A stretch of DNA of 64,000 nucleotides from Botryllus schlosseri. Lineage: Eukaryota. The position numbers and the translations under genes are program-made. Positions within the stretch are counted from its first letter, which is position 1. Every line of letters starts with the position of its first letter. Positions 37,346 to 51,000 of the stretch are shown one piece after another. The DNA lies in the NCBI GenBank assembly GCA_051294905.1, contig CM119371.1:29142001-29206000 (forward strand), read 5' to 3'. The notes under the pieces were generated by a model, which saw only the letters and a program-made list of their open reading frames with translations, was not told where the DNA came from and searched no databases.

Positions 37346-39552
37346 CAACATAGTAATCAGCTTATGAAATATAGGGTATGATCAGGCTTGGGCCGGGCAT
37401 TGCTTTTTTCAGACACAATATGAATATAATATTTAGGCAAAAAGTTGTCGTATCGCTCACCATAAGTAGACCTGCCAAACGACAAAAGTAATGGTATAGC
37501 CCCAATTTCCAGCCAAAATACATATATGCTGATTCGGCAGCCAGGTGAAAGTGGAGACCTATTTTAATCATCAACATTGAACTTATTCCGATGGTTGCAT
37601 TGCGGCAGTATAATGCCAATGGTGATTCATTCCCATACAAATTTGTTCTTAGGTTTTACCGCTCCGCAAGGTCAAAACGTTGCGAAACACTTCTCTAAAT
37701 TATAAACCATGAGAATCAAATGTGAACCTTGCAAAATAAAAACAAAGATTATTTGACACGTACCTGATCAACATATCTTTCATGCAGAATGGTAGGTATA
37801 GAAACAATCCAGTCTAGATTTGGAGATGCTGTAACACAATCACAAAATATATTATTGAGTCAAAGTTTATCACTCAATACATGCAGATGAACATTAACTT
37901 GTTACAAGATACAGCATATCAAAGAGAAGTGCATCGACGTGTCATTTCTTAAGCACGTAATTCTTTAGATAAAAAACGGTGCACGTATTGAGGCATGGCC
38001 TGATTTTGATTGCCATGCAATTGCAGCATGACTAATGAACACTATATATCATGAGAGGCAATTAATAGATTGAGATTAACTGCTTGGTACAAATATTTGA
38101 AGATATCACGGCTTCTGTCAAAATCAACAGCTTTATTGGAACAAATACATAGATAGCAGAAAGAGAAGAACATACCCATAAGATTTCAGCATTTTGTAAC
38201 CTCGGGATATCAATGTCCGCTTCATTATATCAACCATGGTAGGAGAATCAGGATATTTCGAACCGATTCCGCGTTGATCACGCTCATTTCGTCTTCAGGT
38301 ACATAAGTCGAAACAGCTTTCTGCAAAGCAAAGCAGTCAAATTTTGAAATATGCACTGAACCAGAATGAAAATTTCAGGAGATTGAATGTGCGGAACCGA
38401 AAATCAAACATTTTTGCAACAGGGGAAGCAGCAAAAACAAAGCAACCTCCATACAATATACATTTATTTAGGCAGGGGCAGCTAGTGTGAAATGGATATA
38501 GTTTCAATAATATTTTAGCTACAATTTCTTTTAAGTGGCTTTCTGTCCTGAATAGCTTATGTGGATGAAATTTTTGTACTGATTAATTTGAGACCACATC
38601 ATATTTAGAGAGCAGTGCCCCTTCAACTCAAACTGTACCACAGGCACAAACCATTATTTCTAATGATGGTAAGTTTGAAAGCATCACTCCTACCTAGAGC
38701 ATGTCCGGATGAAGATTTTTTTTTCTTTTGGCTGTCCGCCAACATATTTTTTGCACAAATAATTTCAATACAATTTCAATTTATGTTTTATAATTTTATC
38801 GCGCACACTCGCATTGATACACATGAAATATACAAACATATTAATGCCCACACTCTCATGGAGAGACGATGAAATTTACATTATCAACGTCTGTGGTGAC
38901 TGCTATGGCTCGAGCAGATATAATTTATAGCCTTTACGGTGACTTGGTAAACCAGTCGAATTTTCATGAATCATGATAGTGATAGTCAGCCTGCCAGACG
39001 CCCAATCACGGACACCAATTCCATACTGGATATACTAGCATGGTTTCATACTAGAAAATTACATTGGATCGCAGTAACTTGTTTGTAATCAACTATAATT
39101 CAACCAAACAAGTCTGACTCAATGACTATAGAATCATTGACTCTAACTCAAGCAGGTGAATTTGATAAGGCAAATTAGAAGCATGCAAAATACACTTATG
39201 AGTGCATTGTCGTCTCACCTTCCCTTTCTTCAGGTCTCGTAATCTCCAATATGGCGTCCGACCGTTCCAGAAAGAATCGAGCAAATATACCCTATATATA
39301 TGTCAGCGAGAATAGAATGCGTTCATACCACATCCCTTAACAGCATGAAACTGACTCATATTCTAAAACGTACAACTATTGTTCTGTACAGTGACAATAA
39401 GGGAATTCGTCTCATAGTAAAACTGCAAGACATATTCGCCATCTTTCCACTTTGATCTTTCAGCTTGGCCCGCATTCCGCTTCGGGTTTTCGAGCCTCGG
39501 TTGGTGAGTCACTAAAGTAGTTATATAGATCGCTCGCGATTCGTAATTGTTT

Positions 39553-39770
39553 CTTATGGCGGGGTGGTGAGGTGCCTGAAAACCGGGGGTGGTGAGGTGA
39601 CCCTTATCTCTTATGGCGGGGGTGGTGAGGTGCCATTGTGTCTTATGGCGGGGGTGGTGAGGTGACCCTTATCTCTTATGGGCGGGGTGGTGAGGTGCCT
39701 GAAAACCGGGGGTGGTGAGGTGACCCTTATCTCTTATGGCGGGGGTGGTGAGGTGTCATGTGTTCTTATG
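39553..39770. repeat. Subterminal G-rich tandem repeats (mirror at about 52624-52841)
   Basis: Repeated cttatggcgggggtggtgaggtg(acccttatct/cctgaaaacc). Confidence 0.9.
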
Positions 39771-42700
39771 GGTGCGGTCGTGATTCGCCTTTTTTTGCTA
39801 TAGGCGGTGGCGGTGATTCGCCGTGAAAACTCGGGGTCGTGACTCGTACTTTCAGGTATAGGCTGCGGCGGTGAATCGTAATGAGAACTCGTGGTCGTGA
39901 TTCGCACTTTCAGACATCTCTCGCGTGGTGTTGAATATGTACGAGTCACCGACAATAACCGCGCAGACGGAAACGTGGCTTGTTGTGAGGATTAAGCAGT
40001 GCGTGCGACAGACGGTGATTCGAATATCAACAATAGTCGCGTTCGCAAACTAACACTTCAAAAAGATGTGAAATATTTGTAAAATCCTACGATCGCTCAC
40101 AAGATACCACTTCCGGCATATCAATCTATCACTCAATACACAACCGAAGTTGAATTGTAATTGAATGCATAAATTTATCACCTCGACATCAAAATTCGAA
40201 AACAACAACTTGACGCTTTATGTTCTCACTCTAATTTCATGATAAGTGTAATAAGTGCCGAATAACAGATACATCACCGGCGAGACTTGAATACCAACAA
40301 ATTGTCACTTATTTCTATTCTAGCCGTAATCCTTTGTGAAGTTGACGCTTATTCAAAAAGGTGTGAAATAGTTTGCAAAACCCCGCGATCACTGACAAGA
40401 TAATGTCTCGGACATACCCATCTTTCACGACTTGGTGTCATAGCCATACCGATCGCTCACGCGGTGAAATTTTAGTAATCAGTTTGTCACAGAACTAGAT
40501 TTCACTGGTAAGATTTAATAAATACCGACTATCAGAACCATCAGTGTGGGTAACTTGAATAGCAACAAATTGTCACTTATTTCCGACGAGAAATTCACTA
40601 AACCGCAGTACATTGTGTGATTTTGAAAAACAGATGTTTGCGCTTGCGTTTTGATATGTGCGACCCACTAACTACATCCGTTTTGCGAACACGGCTTGTT
40701 GTGAGGATTACGCGCGCGCCCTATATTTCGAATGACCTGCGCGCTGAAGTGCGAAATAGTTTGCTAAATCTAGTAATCAGTCGCAAGGTGTTACTTTAGT
40801 AATTAGTTTACCATAGAACCGGCGTAGCCGGTGATTCGAATACCGACAAATTTTCACTTATTTCTGACCCAACCCTAATCCTCTGTGAAGTTGACGCTTA
40901 TTCAAAAAGGTGTGAAATAATTGTAAAATCCTAATCCGAAACCGATTATTTTGACTTTGGCGTAGTGTGCATTGAAATAGGATTGACAAACATGACTAGC
41001 AACTTCCCCACAGTCCCGTTTCGATATTATACACACATTGATTTGAAACAAGTAATGTAACATTACAACTCTATTCCCGATCCAGCTTTCCGTTTGTCAA
41101 AGAGACATTTTAACATCTTACCATACTCAAAAGAATTATTCACAACATTAACAAGTGTTTAAAATCTAGTTTTCACTTACTTGGCTATATCAGTACAACT
41201 CGCAAACTTGAATTAATTCATCTGGTTGTATTCATAGGACCGATAATTTTTATCCAACTGTAAAGGTCGTTATACTATTCTGTAAGACAGAGTATTTACT
41301 AATCGGTGCATATACGATTTGACTTGGGCATATTATATTTTGAGTATACGAGATTTGAGTGTCAGAACAATAACTGAGAATTAAATTATCACAATTGAAT
41401 CCATATACGACAGCGTGAATTAAATTATCACAATTGAATCCATATACGACAGCGTAAAAGATATTGGGATGTCAGCATCTCTTTACGGTTATAGTTACAA
41501 CCACATTACCTAATTTACCCGACCAACTCGTCATGATCATTCCCGAAATCAACACAAACATGACTACTGACTTGAGTCAACCACAAAACAGCATCAAGTT
41601 TTAAATCCACTTGTAGCTTACGGCTTATTTGAATGCGGGTTATGTTTTGTTGTAATTGAGTGTACGGAAATAGTATTACGTCTCGACATCTCACCATCTT
41701 ACCATACTCAAAGAGTCAACCACGAAAACATTGTCAAGTAAATCCGTTTGTAACTTACCCAACCAACTCAAACAGTATCAGTATGAAAAACAGCCAAACA
41801 TACACGAATCCATACAATCACTAAAACCTAAAATCCATAACAAGCTTGGTTGTATTCATATCCCTACACATCTTTTTTTATTCAGCTTGAAAAGTCGTTA
41901 CTATTCTGTAAGATAGAGGAATTACTACGCGGTATATTCTGCAAGACAAACTAATTACTACTCGGTATATTTTGTAAGACAAAAGTAATTACTTCTCAGT
42001 GTCGGCGACTTGAGATTAACATATGTTTTGAGTATATGATATTTGAATGTCTGACCAACGTAGTTGAGAATTCATTTCTTACAATCGAACAATGGTGTTA
42101 TATTCAAAGTTATCATGCTGTGAACATAAGATTGACACATTGATTTGACATATGAGATTTGTAATAGTTGATCATTACTTTATTATTAAATTATTTGCGT
42201 TAATTAGACCCGGCGTTATGGTAAATGTTATGACAGCAACAAACTTTTCAGTACCAATGTTATTAACACATTAAGCTGTAAAACTATGTATGTCTGAAAT
42301 GTTCTTGATAGGAAAATTACTCCACCTTGGTAAAAATCACTCTGCGTATTGCGGATATCAGAAAATATTTCCAGTACCCAAGACTAAAGATGAAACGACA
42401 ATTTCGTTTGCTGATTAACAACCGGTACAATACTTTATCATCATAATCCGCGGTGAGAATTGAAACACTTTCGCGCATTACCCGGTGTCAAGATATCACA
42501 CTAGGTGAATTGACATACCGCCGCTTGAATAATACCTAATCCGTTCGCACCATTTCACATACTTTGATCATTACAAAAGTAAATTGTGATATGTTTGTTA
42601 GATGCATTCAATTCAACTAGAAGTGTCTGGTACACAACAATCGTAATATCGAAAAAGTACTTGCCACACTGTTATTTGCTAAACGTGTTTTGCATTGTTG

Positions 42701-44479
42701 TTCATTTGTAGTATTGATTGTTTTTGAACCCCCAAATCATAATTCCCGACATGAAACCAAGCCGCTGAAAGTCGTTACCATCACGAAGATACAATGTGCA
42801 CGATGTTTGTCAAATGTGTCCTACCTGGCCAACAGAAAACAATTTTCACTCACTCGAAATGAAACCAATGTGATGGTCTCCATTCGATATTTTGTTTGTG
42901 TCAAATATACGTTGCAATGAACACATTTGCGTGGTTGAGCTTTGCCATCATCAAGCTGTCATTTGTATCGTTTAATTAACCGACATTTAGCGATTAGTGA
43001 ACATACCGAACGATACACAGTCACTTCGAAATACTCCGTTGATCATAATTTCCATCATCATAATAATCGAAGTACAATTGCTTCGAATCGCTAGAGTGGT
43101 TGAGCTTTACATCATCAGACTGCCATCTGTACATCAAGAATACATACACCTTGTAACTGGGTCGTTTACCTAACCGAGTTGTATGCACAGTTTGATATTC
43201 AGCGATTGCAGAACATACCATTTCGAAATACTGCGTTGATCTCAATTCCTTTGTCGTGATAATCGAAGTATATTTGTTTCGATTTCATAAAAACCAACTT
43301 TTCTATGACATGATAAATTTTTGAAAAGTTATACTGAGAAGGTTGGTGCATATCGCGAAAAATAATATACCACCCATATTGATATTGCTACTCCATTGAT
43401 CGGTATTTTCACGCGAGTCGATTTTCAAATGAGTAAAATTTATTACATGAGTTTCTCCGCTTAATGTAAATGAAAACTCAGTCGTCTTTTAACATCACAA
43501 AGACATTGATAAAAAGTAAGCAATCAAACACAACACTTTGTACGACACTAGTTATTGTTCCACACATCTCATTTCATACTAAGTGTATACGAAAGATATT
43601 CATGATGCACGAAAATATTCGCTCATGCTACAAACCTGTAGAATGATTGGTGGTGCAAGGCCAGCACAATTGTGGTATCCATCCGAGTTTAGTTAACACA
43701 AATTTATTACAACAGAGCCACGTAAACTTTCGTGAAAGAAAAGCATACTCACTTTCAGAGGGTTATGTCAATGCCATAGCAGTAAATCAAAAATATTCCT
43801 AACCCTTTGCACACCGGTGACAAATCATACAACAAACATTTTTTGTGAGTCGAATTGTTGTTCAGTGTCAAGTCTACCTGTTGAAAAGTGCATTAAAACA
43901 ACACAGTCACAATTCAATTAAAACCACGAATCTATTTTCATTTCGTCACATACAGAAAAATAAATTTTCTTTCCCCAACACATACTTGTAACCAATCGCT
44001 TTCATTAAACACACAACTCCATAAAAGTATTTACTTTCTACAACATAGACATTCCGATGTAGTCAAGAAATATTAAAACGGACACGACACGACTGAATGT
44101 AAGGGGATAGAAGTCTATCGCATCGATTTACATGTGGTCTTCGCTACGGTTTCAAAAAACGAATCATCTATTTTGCATTGGTCGAGACCGAGCGAGCCAG
44201 TTACATGTATTCGCGGTAATGATTTTTCTTGTCATATGCGAATGATAGGTTTGCTACTCCGACAAATCAAATCAACAAACAACAACAATCTTCTGACGAT
44301 CATAATAGCAATTTCATTTGCCACCCCTTCGTAATTGTACACGCACGAAAAGTATATTGTACAACTCGGCAACTACGTTTAACAAGACCAATCACACTAC
44401 CAGCGTTGAACGCAAGATACCTACCCAAGTCAAAAATATCATACGGGTTTGGACAACTGACGTTTACCTGTGTAAAATT

Positions 44480-45000
44480 ATCATTTTCACTTGGCGATCT
44501 ATCCTTTCCTAGAGTAACAAACCCTTGTCGTTTACAAATCTATTTTTTTTTTCCTACAACAAAAAACTATTTTCACTTGGAAAAATACTTTTACCTAGAG
44601 TAACTAATCATTTTCTTTTAAAAATATATTTTCTCCCTGGGTAACAAACCCTTTTCGTTTGGAAAACTATCATTTACCTGAGTACCAATACCGTTTTCAC
44701 TTGGCAGTCCGTCGTTTACCTGGCTAAACATATCATTTTCACTTGGAAATCTATTTTTTCCCAGAGTAAGAAACCTTTTTCACTTTGAAATCTATTTTTT
44801 CCCTGGGTAACAAACCTTTTTCGCTTGGAAATATATTTTTCCCTGGGTTACAAGCCTTTTTCACTTGGTGGTCCGTCATTTACCTGGATAAAAATATCAT
44901 TTTCCTTTGGGGGATCTGGCGTTTACCCAGTGTAACAATACATTTTCTCTTGGTCATCTAGCTTTTCCTAGAGTAACAAAACCATTTTCATTTTGAAATC
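44480..45000. repeat. Degenerate tandem array of about 39 bp (mirror at about 47395-47915)
   Basis: Repeated ttttcacttggaaatctattttttccctgggtaacaaacc-like units. Confidence 0.75.
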
Positions 45001-48000
45001 TGACAAACACACCTGACAATTTGATATTTTTGTATATTGTTACAACGGATAGCGACAAAATATACACCAACAACAACTCCAATACATTTGTGTAATCGCA
45101 TATTCACTTGTGCTGATGCAGCCCATCAATATCATCGGTTACCCGCATGCAATATCCTCTTGTACACCGAAATGCATGTTTTGGAAAATTGGACAATAGG
45201 CTTCGATAGTTTTGTGATGTCCGGGTTCGTGCTTTGGATTTTCCAGAGTCAAAATGTCTGAATAAAACACCTCCTCGACGATGGTTGGTATGTCGATAAC
45301 GGGGTTCGGAAGACGGTTGGATTTATGTCACCCATCGCGATAACAATTCCAGGTCGAGTTTTTCCCCCGCATGTTTACTATATTGTGTCTTTATTGGTCA
45401 ATGTATGTCTCGACATTCAGATTGAAATCGGAAACCCTGATAAAGTATGTAACCGGATCCGGATATCAACTCTGAATCGATAAACCAATGAACAATATTC
45501 AAAGTAAACATGTCACATTCCACGAAAAAATACCATCCAGACATACGTCGCGCTTGTTTGCCCACAACAGTATACGCGTAAATGGAGGTGTGTGACATTG
45601 CATGCAATGTGTTGGTATACAAACATCGGGGAGTAAGCCTTCGATCCACAGACATTATCATAGCCGGTAATTTTGATGCAGATCGAATGTCACACGATAA
45701 CAATACCAATAAGCCACATTGCAATGACTCTGAGTCCGCGCTATTACATCGATATTTCGACACCGTTCACTGATTTATTCGATGGTGTTATCGTGTTGTA
45801 ACATTACAAGATAGTCATGATCCTATCTGTAGACGGACCACCCAGATCAATTGGATACATCGGTCAATATCCATCGTGTTGTCGACACCGAAGTTTTCTG
45901 CTGAGACTACAGCGTTTGATCTAGGTGAACTATCGAAGTACGGTGCTCGAAATGATTGCAATCAGTCTTTCAGTCACGATCAATGGATGTCGCTACTCCC
46001 ACATAACGACTCCGGATAAATATCGTGCAAATGTCGGACTGATATTGTGATCCAATAAGGTATGTTTCTGTGGAATGAAGACTGCAATCGTACACCACAA
46101 TAGAACACTACCTCGCGATTTCACACGCAATCATAAAACACACTTTCGTAAGGGTCTAGCTCGTCCGGTGACATTTCGAAACGGTCGTCACCACAAGAGA
46201 TCGGGGTTGGTCTCGTCATATCGGAGCATTTTGAAACGACATCGTCACAAGTCTATTGACGTCGATTCAGTTGGTCATGTCAATCCGTTTCACAATCCAC
46301 CGTTTTTCAACTCCCCGCACCATAGTGTTACGACACAGACAAGAAGCGTCGGTGGAAATAATAAAACACGGAAAGCACACTTTGGTGTTATTTGACATGG
46401 ATTTTACACCCGACGAACCTCACACTCGAGCGATGCATTGGAATGACGCTTGTATTATTGATGTAGAAGGAACAGAAATGTATCGATTTATTGGTTTCGT
46501 ACGTATCCAACAAAAATCTGGGTATATGATTGTGCATGGTTCGCATATTTGACTGTGAACGCTCTATTGGTATATGCTGTATAGTTCACTTTCACCGTCG
46601 TGCGAATAACCCATGTTACGGTTCGGTGTTTGTGTGTCTGTATGTCACGCTTCAGATTGACTCAGAGTCATTGCAATGTGGCTTATTGGTATTGTTATCG
46701 GGTGACATTCGATCTGCATCAAAATTACCGGCTATGATAATGTCTGTGGATCGAAGGCTTACTCCCCGATGTTTGTATACCAACACATTGCATGCAATGT
46801 CACACACCTCCATTTACGCGTATACTGTTGTGGGCAAACAAGCGCGACGTATGTCTGGATGGTATTTTTTCGTGGAATGTGACATGTTTACTTTGAATAT
46901 TGTTCATTGGTTTATCGATTCAGAGTTGATATCCGGATCCGGTTACATACTTTATCAGGGTTTCCGATTTCAATCTGAATGTCGAGACATACATTGACCA
47001 ATAAAGACACAATATAGTAAACATGCGGGGGAAAAACTCGACCTGGAATTGTTATCGCGATGGGTGACATAAATCCAACCGTCTTCCGAACCCCGTTATC
47101 GACATACCAACCATCGTCGAGGAGGTGTTTTATTCAGACATTTTGACTCTGGAAAATCCAAAGCACGAACCCGGACATCACAGAACTATCGAAGCCTATT
47201 GTCCAATTTTCCAAAACATGCATTTCGGTGTACAAGAGGATATTGCATGCGGGTAACCGATGATATTGATGGGCTGCATCAGCACAAGTGAATATGCGAT
47301 TACACAAATGTATTGGAGTTGTTGTTGGTGTATATTTTGTCGCTATCCGTTGTAACAATATACAAAAATATCAAATTGTCAGGTGTGTTTGTCAGATTTC
47401 AAAATGAAAATGGTTTTGTTACTCTAGGAAAAGCTAGATGACCAAGAGAAAATGTATTGTTACACTGGGTAAACGCCAGATCCCCCAAAGGAAAATGATA
47501 TTTTTATCCAGGTAAATGACGGACCACCAAGTGAAAAAGGCTTGTAACCCAGGGAAAAATATATTTCCAAGCGAAAAAGGTTTGTTACCCAGGGAAAAAA
47601 TAGATTTCAAAGTGAAAAAGGTTTCTTACTCTGGGAAAAAATAGATTTCCAAGTGAAAATGATATGTTTAGCCAGGTAAACGACGGACTGCCAAGTGAAA
47701 ACGGTATTGGTACTCAGGTAAATGATAGTTTTCCAAACGAAAAGGGTTTGTTACCCAGGGAGAAAATATATTTTTAAAAGAAAATGATTAGTTACTCTAG
47801 GTAAAAGTATTTTTCCAAGTGAAAATAGTTTTTTGTTGTAGGAAAAAAAAATAGATTTGTAAACGACAAGGGTTTGTTACTCTAGGAAAGGATAGATCGC
47901 CAAGTGAAAATGATAATTTTACACAGGTAAACGTCAGTTGTCCAAACCCGTATGATATTTTTGACTTGGGTAGGTATCTTGCGTTCAACGCTGGTAGTGT

Positions 48001-51000
48001 GATTGGTCTTGTTAAACGTAGTTGCCGAGTTGTACAATATACTTTTCGTGCGTGTACAATTACGAAGGGGTGGCAAATGAAATTGCTATTATGATCGTCA
48101 GAAGATTGTTGTTGTTTGTTGATTTGATTTGTCGGAGTAGCAAACCTATCATTCGCATATGACAAGAAAAATCATTACCGCGAATACATGTAACTGGCTC
48201 GCTCGGTCTCGACCAATGCAAAATAGATGATTCGTTTTTTGAAACCGTAGCGAAGACCACATGTAAATCGATGCGATAGACTTCTATCCCCTTACATTCA
48301 GTCGTGTCGTGTCCGTTTTAATATTTCTTGACTACATCGGAATGTCTATGTTGTAGAAAGTAAATACTTTTATGGAGTTGTGTGTTTAATGAAAGCGATT
48401 GGTTACAAGTATGTGTTGGGGAAAGAAAATTTATTTTTCTGTATGTGACGAAATGAAAATAGATTCGTGGTTTTAATTGAATTGTGACTGTGTTGTTTTA
48501 ATGCACTTTTCAACAGGTAGACTTGACACTGAACAACAATTCGACTCACAAAAAATGTTTGTTGTATGATTTGTCACCGGTGTGCAAAGGGTTAGGAATA
48601 TTTTTGATTTACTGCTATGGCATTGACATAACCCTCTGAAAGTGAGTATGCTTTTCTTTCACGAAAGTTTACGTGGCTCTGTTGTAATAAATTTGTGTTA
48701 ACTAAACTCGGATGGATACCACAATTGTGCTGGCCTTGCACCACCAATCATTCTACAGGTTTGTAGCATGAGCGAATATTTTCGTGCATCATGAATATCT
48801 TTCGTATACACTTAGTATGAAATGAGATGTGTGGAACAATAACTAGTGTCGTACAAAGTGTTGTGTTTGATTGCTTACTTTTTATCAATGTCTTTGTGAT
48901 GTTAAAAGACGACTGAGTTTTCATTTACATTAAGCGGAGAAACTCATGTAATAAATTTTACTCATTTGAAAATCGACTCGCGTGAAAATACCGATCAATG
49001 GAGTAGCAATATCAATATGGGTGGTATATTATTTTTCGCGATATGCACCAACCTTCTCAGTATAACTTTTCAAAAATTTATCATGTCATAGAAAAGTTGG
49101 TTTTTATGAAATCGAAACAAATATACTTCGATTATCACGACAAAGGAATTGAGATCAACGCAGTATTTCGAAATGGTATGTTCTGCAATCGCTAAATATC
49201 AAACTGTGCATACAACTCGGTTAGGTAAACGACCCAGTTACAAGGTGTATGTATTCTTGATGTACAGATGGCAGTCTGATGATGTAAAGCTCAACCACTC
49301 TAGCGATTCGAAGCAATTGTACTTCGATTATTATGATGATGGAAATTATGATCAACGGAGTATTTCGAAGTGACTGTGTATCGTTCGGTATGTTCACTAA
49401 TCGCTAAATGTCGGTTAATTAAACGATACAAATGACAGCTTGATGATGGCAAAGCTCAACCACGCAAATGTGTTCATTGCAACGTATATTTGACACAAAC
49501 AAAATATCGAATGGAGACCATCACATTGGTTTCATTTCGAGTGAGTGAAAATTGTTTTCTGTTGGCCAGGTAGGACACATTTGACAAACATCGTGCACAT
49601 TGTATCTTCGTGATGGTAACGACTTTCAGCGGCTTGGTTTCATGTCGGGAATTATGATTTGGGGGTTCAAAAACAATCAATACTACAAATGAACAACAAT
49701 GCAAAACACGTTTAGCAAATAACAGTGTGGCAAGTACTTTTTCGATATTACGATTGTTGTGTACCAGACACTTCTAGTTGAATTGAATGCATCTAACAAA
49801 CATATCACAATTTACTTTTGTAATGATCAAAGTATGTGAAATGGTGCGAACGGATTAGGTATTATTCAAGCGGCGGTATGTCAATTCACCTAGTGTGATA
49901 TCTTGACACCGGGTAATGCGCGAAAGTGTTTCAATTCTCACCGCGGATTATGATGATAAAGTATTGTACCGGTTGTTAATCAGCAAACGAAATTGTCGTT
50001 TCATCTTTAGTCTTGGGTACTGGAAATATTTTCTGATATCCGCAATACGCAGAGTGATTTTTACCAAGGTGGAGTAATTTTCCTATCAAGAACATTTCAG
50101 ACATACATAGTTTTACAGCTTAATGTGTTAATAACATTGGTACTGAAAAGTTTGTTGCTGTCATAACATTTACCATAACGCCGGGTCTAATTAACGCAAA
50201 TAATTTAATAATAAAGTAATGATCAACTATTACAAATCTCATATGTCAAATCAATGTGTCAATCTTATGTTCACAGCATGATAACTTTGAATATAACACC
50301 ATTGTTCGATTGTAAGAAATGAATTCTCAACTACGTTGGTCAGACATTCAAATATCATATACTCAAAACATATGTTAATCTCAAGTCGCCGACACTGAGA
50401 AGTAATTACTTTTGTCTTACAAAATATACCGAGTAGTAATTAGTTTGTCTTGCAGAATATACCGCGTAGTAATTCCTCTATCTTACAGAATAGTAACGAC
50501 TTTTCAAGCTGAATAAAAAAAGATGTGTAGGGATATGAATACAACCAAGCTTGTTATGGATTTTAGGTTTTAGTGATTGTATGGATTCGTGTATGTTTGG
50601 CTGTTTTTCATACTGATACTGTTTGAGTTGGTTGGGTAAGTTACAAACGGATTTACTTGACAATGTTTTCGTGGTTGACTCTTTGAGTATGGTAAGATGG
50701 TGAGATGTCGAGACGTAATACTATTTCCGTACACTCAATTACAACAAAACATAACCCGCATTCAAATAAGCCGTAAGCTACAAGTGGATTTAAAACTTGA
50801 TGCTGTTTTGTGGTTGACTCAAGTCAGTAGTCATGTTTGTGTTGATTTCGGGAATGATCATGACGAGTTGGTCGGGTAAATTAGGTAATGTGGTTGTAAC
50901 TATAACCGTAAAGAGATGCTGACATCCCAATATCTTTTACGCTGTCGTATATGGATTCAATTGTGATAATTTAATTCACGCTGTCGTATATGGATTCAAT

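Noticed and set aside
39553..39770. Telomere or CRISPR-like G-rich array
   Set aside because: No unique spacers and not a telomeric unit; it is subterminal to the palindromic element.
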